Below, piece by piece: positions 28,090 to 37,144 of a DNA stretch of 64,000 nt (position 1 is its first letter; every line of letters begins with the position of its first letter). The stretch is from Clostridia bacterium (GTDB lineage Bacteria > Bacillota > Clostridia > Oscillospirales > CAG-272). A program made the position numbers and the translations under genes. The stretch lies in assembly GCA_017461765.1 (NCBI GenBank), contig JAFTXO010000033.1, positions 1,700 through 65,699 on the forward strand. Direction: 5' to 3'. A model generated the notes under the pieces. It searched no databases. It was not told the DNA's origin and saw nothing but the letters and a program-made list of their open reading frames with translations.

Positions 28090-30459
28090 TCACCTGCTGG
28101 TAGCATATTGGCTGATGATGGCTATAACCTCTTCGCTTGAAAGCGCCGCATCCAAAACATCAAAAACAGTTTTGCAAGGAATAAATTTGACATTTTCCTT
28201 TACAGTAGGGTCAAGCTCCGCAATATCCTTGATATTTCCGTAAGGAATGATGATATTTGTAACACCTGCGGAATATGCGGCAAGAGTTTTTTCCTTAAGA
28301 CCTCCGATAGGCAATACCTTTCCTCTTAAGGTTATCTCACCTGTCATTGAAATATCACGTTTTACCGCACGTGATGTAAGAACGCTTATAAGAGCAGTAG
28401 CCATTGTAACTCCTGCACTTGGTCCGTCCTTTGGAACTGCACCCTCGGGAACGTGTATATGAATATCATTGTTGGCATAAAAATCGGGATTTATTCCGAG
28501 CTTTTCGGCATTTTCTCTGATAAAGCTGATCGCTATCTCGGCAGATTCCTTCATAACATCGCCAAGACTTCCGGTAAGCTGTAATTTTCCGGTTCCCTTC
28601 ATAACCGATGCCTCAATCTTTAAAAGATCTCCGCCGATAGACGTATAAGCCATTCCGTTTACGACGCCGACGGAATCGGTTTCATCGATTTTTTCCGGCT
28701 CGAATTTTTTAGCTCCGAGATATGAGGAAATGTTGCTTGAATCTATAGAAACGCTCTTTACTCCGTTTTCAACAATATCCTTTGCGGCTTTTCTGCAAAG
28801 AGAAGCTATCTCGCGCTCAAGATTACGAACACCGGCTTCGGCAGTGTAGGAATCGATAATATCATAAATAGCGCTATCGCTTATCTTGAACGATCTCTTT
28901 GTAAGACCATGTCTTTTAAGTTGCTTTGCTATAAGATGATCCTTTGCAATATTGAGCTTTTCCCTTCTTGTATAGGATGAAAGCTCTATTATCTCCATTC
29001 TGTCAATGAGCGGAGCGGGAATAGATGAAAGTGTATTTGCGGTTGCGATAAACATACAACGCGAAAGATCAACGTCCATCTCAACAAAGTGATCTCTGAA
29101 TGCCTTGTTTTGCTCGGAATCGAGAACCTCAAGCATAGCAGATGCGGGATCGCCTCGTGAATCCGAAGTCATTTTATCGATCTCATCAAGCACCATAAGA
29201 GGATTTGAGGTTTTGCATTCTATAAGAGCGTTGATAATTCTTCCGGGCATAGCTCCGACATATGTTTTTCTGTGACCTCTTATGTCCGCTTCGTCTCTTA
29301 TGCCGCCAAGAGATACGCGAACGTATTTTCTTTTTAGCGCTTTTGCTACGGAAGCGCAAAGAGAAGTCTTACCTACACCCGGAGGGCCTACAAGACATAT
29401 GATTTGATTTTTTATATCAGGATTTAATTCCTTTACCGCAATAAACTCAAGAATTCTTTCCTTTACCTTCTGAAGACCGTAGTGATCGGCATCGAGAATT
29501 TTTCTTGCAGCCTTTACATCGTTTGTATCCTTTGAAAATTTGCCAAAGGGTATCTCAAGACAGGTCTCAAGATAGGTACGCAAAACATTTGCTTCAGGTG
29601 TGCCGAATGGAGTTTTGTTGAACTTATAAAGCTCTTTAAGCAATTTTTCCTCTACTTTTTTAGGGAAGTGCTTTGAAACTATTGCTTCGAATAATTCTTC
29701 TGAATCACTTTGAGAATCGTTTCCAAGCTCGTTTTGAATTACCTTAAGCTGTTCTCTTAAGAAGAATTCCTTTTGATTTTCTTCCATTTTTGCCTGAGTT
29801 TTCTTGCGTATTTGTGCCTCAAGGCGCATAACATATGACTCTCTTGCGAGAATTTCAATAAGCGTCTCGGCTCTTTTGTATTTGTCGAAAATTTCAAGAA
29901 TAGTCTGCTTGTCTTCATTCTTTATGAGAATGTTAGCCGCAGTAAAATCGCTTAAAAATCCGATATCTCGAATAAGAGCGGATTTTGATATGAAATCATT
30001 GGCGGGAGAGTTAAAGAAAGCAACGAGCTTGTCAATACTTTGTCTAAGTCTCCTTAAAAGAGCCTCTTCACGAGCAGAAGGAAAGTTTTCTATCCTTAAG
30101 TCCTTTGAAATAAGATCGCAAACATAGAAGCCGCCCGAGGTCTCTACCTTTTGAATTTCGGCACGGCAAAAGCCTTCCATAACAGCCTTCAAAGAGCCGT
30201 CGTTTCCCTTGATTATTTGCTTTATTTTAGCACAAACGCCAACATTATAAATGTTGGAGATTATTTTTTCTTCGTTTGAAGGGTCTTTTTGAGCAACGAG
30301 AAAAACGAAAGAGCCGGATTTTTGGGCATATTCGACTGCCGCCTTCGAAAAAGGACGGGCAAACTCAAGACTTACAGGAACGCCGGGAAAGGCAACAACG
30401 CCCTTAAGTGGGATCATAGGTAAAGTGAATTTTTCACAAATTTCGTTATATGTAGTCAT
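28090..30459 (-). CDS. lon: ATP-dependent Lon protease
   Basis: GPPGVGKT, LDEIDK, PKDGPSAG (catalytic Ser), GGLKEK; start at MTTYNE behind AAAGGA. Confidence 0.96.
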   Translation of the reverse strand: MTTYNEICEKFTLPMIPLKGVVAFPGVPVSLEFARPFSKAAVEYAQKSGSFVFLVAQKDPSNEEKIISNIYNVGVCAKIKQIIKGNDGSLKAVMEGFCRAEIQKVETSGGFYVCDLISKDLRIENFPSAREEALLRRLRQSIDKLVAFFNSPANDFISKSALIRDIGFLSDFTAANILIKNEDKQTILEIFDKYKRAETLIEILARESYVMRLEAQIRKKTQAKMEENQKEFFLREQLKVIQNELGNDSQSDSEELFEAIVSKHFPKKVEEKLLKELYKFNKTPFGTPEANVLRTYLETCLEIPFGKFSKDTNDVKAARKILDADHYGLQKVKERILEFIAVKELNPDIKNQIICLVGPPGVGKTSLCASVAKALKRKYVRVSLGGIRDEADIRGHRKTYVGAMPGRIINALIECKTSNPLMVLDEIDKMTSDSRGDPASAMLEVLDSEQNKAFRDHFVEMDVDLSRCMFIATANTLSSIPAPLIDRMEIIELSSYTRREKLNIAKDHLIAKQLKRHGLTKRSFKISDSAIYDIIDSYTAEAGVRNLEREIASLCRKAAKDIVENGVKSVSIDSSNISSYLGAKKFEPEKIDETDSVGVVNGMAYTSIGGDLLKIEASVMKGTGKLQLTGSLGDVMKESAEIAISFIRENAEKLGINPDFYANNDIHIHVPEGAVPKDGPSAGVTMATALISVLTSRAVKRDISMTGEITLRGKVLPIGGLKEKTLAAYSAGVTNIIIPYGNIKDIAELDPTVKENVKFIPCKTVFDVLDAALSSEEVIAIISQYATSR

Positions 30460-30626
30460 TAGATATCCTTTCGTGCGGATATGCAAAAATTGGGCTAAGC
30501 ATACCGCTTCAAAGTACAGTATATCATAAAATCGCATAAATTTCTATAATATTTTAAAAATAAAATAAAAAATATTTGACTTAATAGCGCTTATGATGTA
30601 AAATAGAATGGAAGGAGTGTGAGAAT

Positions 30627-31298
30627 GTGATTGAACTTGAAGATGCAGAGCTTGAAAAAAAGCTTTTTTCTGCTAACGCGGAAACACTTGTGCCTATTGA
30701 GATTACTCTTGATAAAAACGGTCTTAGAATATGCTCTTTTAATAAAACTCTTGATATTGCAAAGGAGTTTAAAAAAAGATTTTCATGCGCTCCCTTTTCT
30801 AAGGAGGCTATAGCCTTTCTTGAAGAAAGTATGCTTCCTTTAATAACATCGTGGAAGTATTTTACCGATGATTACTTTCCGAAACACATATATACATTTT
30901 TGGCAAGCTCGGTATCAGACGATCTTATATTGCCGTCAACGGTTTTTGTAAAATCAATTGAAAAATATGAAAATCTTACCGAATACGAGCTTGAAGGAAA
31001 CGACGACGGATATTTTGTTACCGTTTTGGAAAATAAGATAGTTTCGGTGTGCGAAATAAATGTATCCGATGCGTTTATAAACGCTAAGGAGATAAATGTA
31101 TATACAAACGAAAATTACAGAAAAAAAGGCTATGGTGTATCAAATGTTATGGCTATGACGAAGTATCTTTTATCAAAAGGAGAAAAAGTTGCTTATACAG
31201 CGCCTAAGGATAATATAGCGTCACAAAAGGTCGCAAAAAAGTGCGGCTTTGACAAAATAAGCGAGACGTATTATTACATTTGTTACAGGGAGGAGTAA
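30627..31298 (+). CDS. GNAT family acetyltransferase (C-terminal domain)
   Basis: VYTNENYRKKGYG, NIASQKVAKKCGF; GTG start. Confidence 0.8.
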   Translation: MIELEDAELEKKLFSANAETLVPIEITLDKNGLRICSFNKTLDIAKEFKKRFSCAPFSKEAIAFLEESMLPLITSWKYFTDDYFPKHIYTFLASSVSDDLILPSTVFVKSIEKYENLTEYELEGNDDGYFVTVLENKIVSVCEINVSDAFINAKEINVYTNENYRKKGYGVSNVMAMTKYLLSKGEKVAYTAPKDNIASQKVAKKCGFDKISETYYYICYREE

Positions 31299-31299
31299 T

Positions 31300-33048
31300 A
31301 TGGCATACGATGCAGGTATGCTTCATTTGATAATTGAAGAGATAAAATCAAAGGAAGTTTGTAAGGTTGAAAAAATATATCAGCCGTCAAATGACGAAAT
31401 AGTATTTTTGCTCCGTTCAAAAACGGAAAGCCTGAGGCTTCTTATAAATGTCGGTTCGAATTATCCCAGAATGAACTTTACCAAAAATCAAACAGAGAAT
31501 CCGATAAAAGCACCGATGTTTTGTATGCTTTTGAGAAAGCATCTTGCAGGAGCAAAGCTTTTGGGTGCAACACAATACGGATATGACCGTGCGTGCGAGC
31601 TTGAATTTGAAGCATACGACGATATGGGCTTTAAATCAAAAAAATATATAATTTGCGAGATAATGGGCAAATACAGTAATCTTATACTGACCGACGCAGA
31701 TAAAAAAATAATATCACCGTTAAAATCAGTGGACCTTACGACAAGTACTCAAAGACCTGTTTTGGCAGGAATGAAGTATGAGCTTCCGCCAAAGCAAGAC
31801 AAAAATGATCCCTTGAATATATCAAAAGAGGAATTTTTCCGCATTTTTGAAAACGCAAGTAAGGAAATGAAATGCGATAAATTTATAATGTCGCATTTTA
31901 TGGGAATTGCCCAAAGTACCGCAAGACAGCTTGCATACAGTGCAGCGGGATCGATTGACGCCATCCTTTGCGATATAGAGAAAATTAAGCTTTCCGAAAA
32001 ATTTGAACGACTTATAAATACTATAAAAAATAACTTAGCCGAGCCGACTCTTGTTGTAGATAGTCAAGGCGGTACGGTTGAATATTCTTATTTTCCGCTT
32101 GAATTTTACGGAAAAGATTATAAAAACGAAAAATTTGAAACCTTTAGCGAGCTTATCGATAATTTCTATGCAAAAAGGAGCAAAAACGAACGCATAAGAC
32201 AGAAATCATCCGATATTTTCAAGCTTCTTACCAATGCGGAAAACAGAATAATAAGGAAGGTCGCTATTCAGACAGAAGAGCTTGAAAAAACAGAGGAAAG
32301 CGAGCAATATAAGCTTTATGCCGATCTTATAACGGCAAATATTTATCTTATGAAAAAGGGCATGACAAGCATAGAGGTCGTAAATTATTATGACGAAAGC
32401 TGTGCAAGCGTGAAAATCCCACTTGATAATCGCTTGACTCCTGCTCAAAATGCTCAAAGATATTATAAAAAGTATAGTAAGGCTAAGACCGCAAAAATCG
32501 AGATTGCTAAGCAGATAGAGCTTGCGCGTGCGGAAAAGGAATATATTGAAACGGTTTTTGAATCTCTTACAAAGGCTGAAACCGAGAGCGATCTTAACGA
32601 AATAAGAGACGAGCTTTATCACAGCGGATACGCGTCAAGAATGAAAAATTACAGCGCATCCAAATCACAAGCTCCAAAACCGCTTAAATTCAAAACAAGC
32701 AGCGGATACACAGTCCTTTGCGGAAAAAATAACAAACAAAACGATTATATAACGACAAAGCTTTCGTCAAAGCTTGATTGGTGGTTTCATGTAAAAAATC
32801 TTCCGGGCTCTCACGTTCTTATGCAATCAAACGGGGAAGAACCCTCTGAAAAGGATTTTACCGAGGCTGCCGAAATTGCCGCGTATTACTCAAAGGCTGA
32901 GGGCGATAATATAGCCGTTGACTATACGCAGATAAAGCATATAAAAAAACCGTCGGGCTCGAAGCCGGGATTTGTTATTTATCACGTCAATTGGACAGCG
33001 TTTGTTACTCCTGACGAGAAAAAGATAAACTCACTGCTCGAAAAATAG
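31300..33048 (+). CDS. rqcH: Ribosome quality control protein RqcH (NFACT/FbpA)
   Basis: MAYDAG, PMFCMLLRKHL, EIMGKYSN, NAQRYYKKY.K, GKNNKQND, WFH...PGSHV. Confidence 0.93.
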   Translation: MAYDAGMLHLIIEEIKSKEVCKVEKIYQPSNDEIVFLLRSKTESLRLLINVGSNYPRMNFTKNQTENPIKAPMFCMLLRKHLAGAKLLGATQYGYDRACELEFEAYDDMGFKSKKYIICEIMGKYSNLILTDADKKIISPLKSVDLTTSTQRPVLAGMKYELPPKQDKNDPLNISKEEFFRIFENASKEMKCDKFIMSHFMGIAQSTARQLAYSAAGSIDAILCDIEKIKLSEKFERLINTIKNNLAEPTLVVDSQGGTVEYSYFPLEFYGKDYKNEKFETFSELIDNFYAKRSKNERIRQKSSDIFKLLTNAENRIIRKVAIQTEELEKTEESEQYKLYADLITANIYLMKKGMTSIEVVNYYDESCASVKIPLDNRLTPAQNAQRYYKKYSKAKTAKIEIAKQIELARAEKEYIETVFESLTKAETESDLNEIRDELYHSGYASRMKNYSASKSQAPKPLKFKTSSGYTVLCGKNNKQNDYITTKLSSKLDWWFHVKNLPGSHVLMQSNGEEPSEKDFTEAAEIAAYYSKAEGDNIAVDYTQIKHIKKPSGSKPGFVIYHVNWTAFVTPDEKKINSLLEK

Positions 33049-33197
33049 AGTGAATATCAAATAAAAAAATATATAGACAGATTTTATTCTCATAAATAAT
33101 GAGCACTCACCTTTGATATCGGCGTCTACCGTGACGCAAAATTTGACGAAAAACATATATAAGCATTAAACTTAAGAGAGAATTTATAAAAGAAAAA

Positions 33198-34286
33198 ATG
33201 ACTTTAGAAGAATTAAAAATAAGACAGCTAACAAATCAATATCTTATTACACCCACAAATAAAAAAACCGTTGTAAAGGATATTTTAGGGGTTCAAGCGC
33301 AATTTATGGTAAATGCTATGCATTCGCTGAAAATTCGCTGTAACGATTATGATGAAAAACTGCTTGCTAAGGGCCTTGTGAAAAATTGGACCATAAGAAG
33401 CACTGTACACGTTTTTTCCGAAGAAGATTTGCCGTTGTTTATTCATTGTAATAACGGTCTTGATTATCGAAACAACGAATGGAACGGATATCATACATGG
33501 CAGCGTCCTGACGGAAGCTATCTTTGGTACAATGACGGTACTTGTCAACGTGTTTGGGCGTTATCTCCCGAAAGACAAAAGTATTTTTCAAATATTATCC
33601 TTGAAGAAATAAAAAAAGAGCCTAAAACTCGGGAAGACTTAAAAAATATTTGCCGATTTTTCGGAATTACAGAGATAGAGGAGAATTCTGTTTTTGATCA
33701 GTGGGGTGGCGGAATCGCCGATCTTTGCAAACGCGGTTTTATAAATTATGTTGTTCAAGAGAAAAAGGCATATATTTTGTCTCCGGAATTTACACCTATT
33801 CCCTACGAAGAGGCACGACTTGAAATGGCAAGGAGATATTTTATGAATATTGCTCCCGCAACAGTACATGACGCAATGTATTTCTTTGGAGCTAAAGCCA
33901 CAGAGGTTAAAGAATGGTTGTCCAAATTACCCGTCAAAACAATAGAATTTAACGGTAAAACCTATTATTATATAGAGAACGGAAAGAACTATGATAACTC
34001 TATTCCCGAATGCTTATTTTTGGCGGGTTTTGATCAGCTTATGCTTGGTTATCAAAAAAAGGAAAGCTTGTATTTAGATGCGGAAAATTTACGTTCTATA
34101 TTTAATCTTGCAGGAATAGTAATGCCGCCGATCTTGCTAAAGGGAGAGGTAGTTGGTAAATGGAAGAAAAAAGATACTAAATTAGAACTCACTCTTTTTA
34201 GATCCATTTCCGAAAATGACAAAAAGCTTATTATAAATAAGTCAGAATCCTTATGGAACGATATAAAAAGGATCGTGTGGAGTTAA
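33198..34286 (+). CDS. AlkZ/YcaQ-family winged-helix DNA glycosylase (HTH_42)
   Basis: GVQAQ, LVKNWTIRSTVH, RRYF...PAT..D..YF.G, FL.GFD..MLGY, G.VVGKW. Confidence 0.85.
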   Translation: MTLEELKIRQLTNQYLITPTNKKTVVKDILGVQAQFMVNAMHSLKIRCNDYDEKLLAKGLVKNWTIRSTVHVFSEEDLPLFIHCNNGLDYRNNEWNGYHTWQRPDGSYLWYNDGTCQRVWALSPERQKYFSNIILEEIKKEPKTREDLKNICRFFGITEIEENSVFDQWGGGIADLCKRGFINYVVQEKKAYILSPEFTPIPYEEARLEMARRYFMNIAPATVHDAMYFFGAKATEVKEWLSKLPVKTIEFNGKTYYYIENGKNYDNSIPECLFLAGFDQLMLGYQKKESLYLDAENLRSIFNLAGIVMPPILLKGEVVGKWKKKDTKLELTLFRSISENDKKLIINKSESLWNDIKRIVWS

Positions 34287-34372
34287 TAATATATTTCTTG
34301 ACTGACAGTGATGTTATGTTTATCAAAGAATAGCTATTGAAAAACATATATAGTTTATAAACAGGAGAGACA

Positions 34373-34810
34373 ATGAAAGTTAATTTTTATGAAGAGGTTG
34401 ATGATTCTTTATTAAAGTTTGCCGTTATAATTTCTAAGAGCTTTGGAAAATGGGTCTTTTGTAAGCATAAGGAGAGATGCACATACGAAATTCCCGGCGG
34501 ACATAGAGAAAACGGTGAAACAATACTGCAAACCGCTAAAAGAGAATTATATGAAGAAACAGGAGCTATAAGATATGAAATAACGCCTGTTTGTGTTTAT
34601 TCCGTAATAGGTAAAAACCGAGTCAATAAAGATGGCGAAGAAACCTTCGGTATGCTTTTTTATGCTAACATTACCGAATTTGAAACGGAGCTACATAGCG
34701 AGATGGAAAAAGTCGAATTGTTTGATGATTTACCAAAAGATTGGACATATCCGTTGATACAACCTGAGCTTGTTAAAAAAATTATTGAAATAAAAGGAGA
34801 AGCATTATGA
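34373..34810 (+). CDS. NUDIX hydrolase
   Basis: PGGHRENGETILQTAKRELYEETG Nudix box. Confidence 0.92.
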   Translation: MKVNFYEEVDDSLLKFAVIISKSFGKWVFCKHKERCTYEIPGGHRENGETILQTAKRELYEETGAIRYEITPVCVYSVIGKNRVNKDGEETFGMLFYANITEFETELHSEMEKVELFDDLPKDWTYPLIQPELVKKIIEIKGEAL

Positions 34811-35298
34811 AAAGAGAGAACTATATTTCATGGGATGAATACTTTATGGGAGTTGCGTTGCTTGCGGCAATGAGATCAAAAGATCCGAATACACAGGTTG
34901 GTGCGTGTATTGTTGATAGTGAGAACCGTATTCTTTCGACAGGCTATAACGGATTTCCCGCAGGATGCTCCGATGATGAATTTCCTTGGGAGCGAGAGGG
35001 AGGCTTTTGCGATACAAAATACCCCTTTGTTGTACACGCAGAATTAAATGCAATTTTAAATGCAAGAGGCAAAAACCTCACAGGCTCTAAAATTTATGTT
35101 GCGCTTTTTCCTTGTAATGAATGTGCAAAGGCAATCATTCAGTGCGGAATAAAAGAGATCCTATATTTGTCGGATAAGTATGCTCAAACAGACGGAACGT
35201 TGGCATCAAAGCGTATGTTAAAAGCAGCAGGAATTAAATTTACACAGCTACTTCCGCGCTCTGCTTCATTGACAATCGACTTTTCAGTTGAAAAATAA
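34807..35298 (+). CDS. dCMP deaminase family protein
   Basis: WDEYFM, RSKDP.TQVGAC, HAELNA, PCNECAK. Confidence 0.92.
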   Translation: MKRENYISWDEYFMGVALLAAMRSKDPNTQVGACIVDSENRILSTGYNGFPAGCSDDEFPWEREGGFCDTKYPFVVHAELNAILNARGKNLTGSKIYVALFPCNECAKAIIQCGIKEILYLSDKYAQTDGTLASKRMLKAAGIKFTQLLPRSASLTIDFSVEK

Positions 35299-35303
35299 AA
35301 ATT

Positions 35304-35765
35304 ATGATAATAAGAAAAACAAATTTCAATGATGTTGGTCTTTTGGTTAAGCTGAGAATGGATTACTTGCTTAATCAAAACAAAGAAGACAGTTTGGGAA
35401 ATATTGAAAAACTGCAAAGTGATCTTTTTGCATATTTTCAAAAATCAATTGAAGATCAAAATTTTTTAGCTATAGTTGCAGAAGAAAATAATATTGTATA
35501 TTCAACAGCATTTCTATCTATAGCAGATAGACCTCCGAGAACTTCAAATGAATCCTCCCGTATTGGAACGATATATAATGTTTATACATATCCGCAATAT
35601 CGTAAACAAGGAGTAGCAACAAAGGTTGTTGAAGCTCTGTGTGAGGAAGCGAGTCTTTTTAATATTTCAACGATAGATTTATACGCTTCAAATGAAGGAA
35701 AGCCGCTTTATGAAAGGCTCGGATTTCAAATTCCATATCATACATATATGAAAAAGAAAGTTTAA
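35304..35765 (+). CDS. GNAT family acetyltransferase
   Basis: NVYTYPQYRKQGVA, LYAS.EG.PLYERLGF. Confidence 0.9.
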   Translation: MIIRKTNFNDVGLLVKLRMDYLLNQNKEDSLGNIEKLQSDLFAYFQKSIEDQNFLAIVAEENNIVYSTAFLSIADRPPRTSNESSRIGTIYNVYTYPQYRKQGVATKVVEALCEEASLFNISTIDLYASNEGKPLYERLGFQIPYHTYMKKKV

Positions 35766-35782
35766 TATTAAAAAGAGGCTTT

Positions 35783-36277
35783 ATGAAAAAAGATTATAAA
35801 TTTATGTTTTTGGACAAATCAAAAATAAATGATATTCTTCCATTGCTTTTTGATCTTTTGTTTGAAAATATGAAAGACATAGCATTCTTCGAGGATGGAT
35901 ATGATAAAGCTAAAAATGATTTTTTAAAACGCGTATCTCCCGCGATGTCGAAAGAAAATCGCCAGATCGTACTTTTCTATAGTGAAAACGATCTTGCAGG
36001 ATATGCTCAATATTATATAAACGATACAACATTTATGGTTGAGGAAATTCAATTAAAGTCCCAGCATAAAAGAACCATGCTACTTTATCAATTCTGCAAG
36101 TTTATGAAAAATATAGTCCCGAAAAGTACTCTATATATTGAAGCATTCACGGACAAGCGAAACATAAATTCTCAAAATCTTATAAAATCTTTCGGTATGA
36201 AAATAATTGACGATAAAAACGAAAAATTTTATCATTTCATAGGAGATTTTAAAAAGCTTAGTTGCAGTTTTAAATAA
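35783..36277 (+). CDS. Hypothetical protein, GNAT-like
   Basis: LAGYAQY, VEEIQL, N.NSQ.LI.SFGM pattern. Confidence 0.6.
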   Translation: MKKDYKFMFLDKSKINDILPLLFDLLFENMKDIAFFEDGYDKAKNDFLKRVSPAMSKENRQIVLFYSENDLAGYAQYYINDTTFMVEEIQLKSQHKRTMLLYQFCKFMKNIVPKSTLYIEAFTDKRNINSQNLIKSFGMKIIDDKNEKFYHFIGDFKKLSCSFK

Positions 36278-36289
36278 CCAGGAGTCAAA

Positions 36290-37114
36290 ATGAAAATATT
36301 AGATACTTATGACAATATAAATCAATGCTTTACCAACGAAAAATTCGATATAGATAAATGGACAGAATACGCTGACGGTATCATTTCCAATCTTTCAAAA
36401 AAGCTGAAAAATGATATAGCCGGTTATGATTTTGAAAAAGAAGTTCTTCCTGTTATATATGATTTCTTAAAGAACAAGGAAAAAGCGGATTTAGCTCATT
36501 ATATCTTTTTGAATATAACCTCTGATCTTTCAAAAAATTTTATAGAAATATTTAATGAAGATATCAATGTCACCGTCGTTTTATATTTAGGATTATGTAA
36601 CGGAGCAGGCTGGGCTACCGAAGTAAACGGAGAAAAAACAGTTTTGCTCGGTATTGAAAAAATCTTGGAGCTATCGTGGTACGATAAAAGAAGTATGCTC
36701 GGGCTTGTATATCATGAAATCGGACATATATATCATTTTTTAAATCGAAAAATCACAGATAATTTAAAAACCGAAAAAGAAAGAGCATTTTTTCAATTGT
36801 ATACAGAGGGAGTTGCTATGTATATTGAACAGCTTTTGTGTAAGGATATGAGCTTTTATCATCAAGATGTTGATGGATGGTTGGTTTGGTGCAATATCAA
36901 TAAAACAAGATTATATAAACTGTTTCTTGAAAGGATCGAAAACAGAGAGGGAACACAATGCTTTTTTGGAGATTGGAATAGCATCGAAGGCAAGTCCGAT
37001 ATCGGATATTATCTCGGTTGTGAATTGATAAAAAAATTAGCAGAAAAATATTCTTTCAAAGAAATTTTGAATATTGATCTTCAAATTATAGAGCGAGCAT
37101 TGAAGAATATATGA
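36290..37114 (+). CDS. Putative zinc-dependent protease (DUF2268-like)
   Basis: HEIGH zinc motif, EGVAMY, GYYLG. Confidence 0.7.
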   Translation: MKILDTYDNINQCFTNEKFDIDKWTEYADGIISNLSKKLKNDIAGYDFEKEVLPVIYDFLKNKEKADLAHYIFLNITSDLSKNFIEIFNEDINVTVVLYLGLCNGAGWATEVNGEKTVLLGIEKILELSWYDKRSMLGLVYHEIGHIYHFLNRKITDNLKTEKERAFFQLYTEGVAMYIEQLLCKDMSFYHQDVDGWLVWCNINKTRLYKLFLERIENREGTQCFFGDWNSIEGKSDIGYYLGCELIKKLAEKYSFKEILNIDLQIIERALKNI

Positions 37115-37144
37115 AAAATAGCCGACTTATGTCGGCTATTTTTC
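37113..37144. terminator. Bidirectional terminator
   Basis: gaaaaatagccgac-ttat-gtcggctatttttc. Confidence 0.8.

Noticed and set aside
33049-33197. Possible gene remnant or ncRNA after rqcH
   Set aside because: Too short, with no convincing reading frame or stable structure; only the repeat noted in findings is supportable
34807-35298. Antiphage dCTP deaminase call
   Set aside because: Short single-domain dCMP deaminase without the extra kinase-like domain of the defence enzymes
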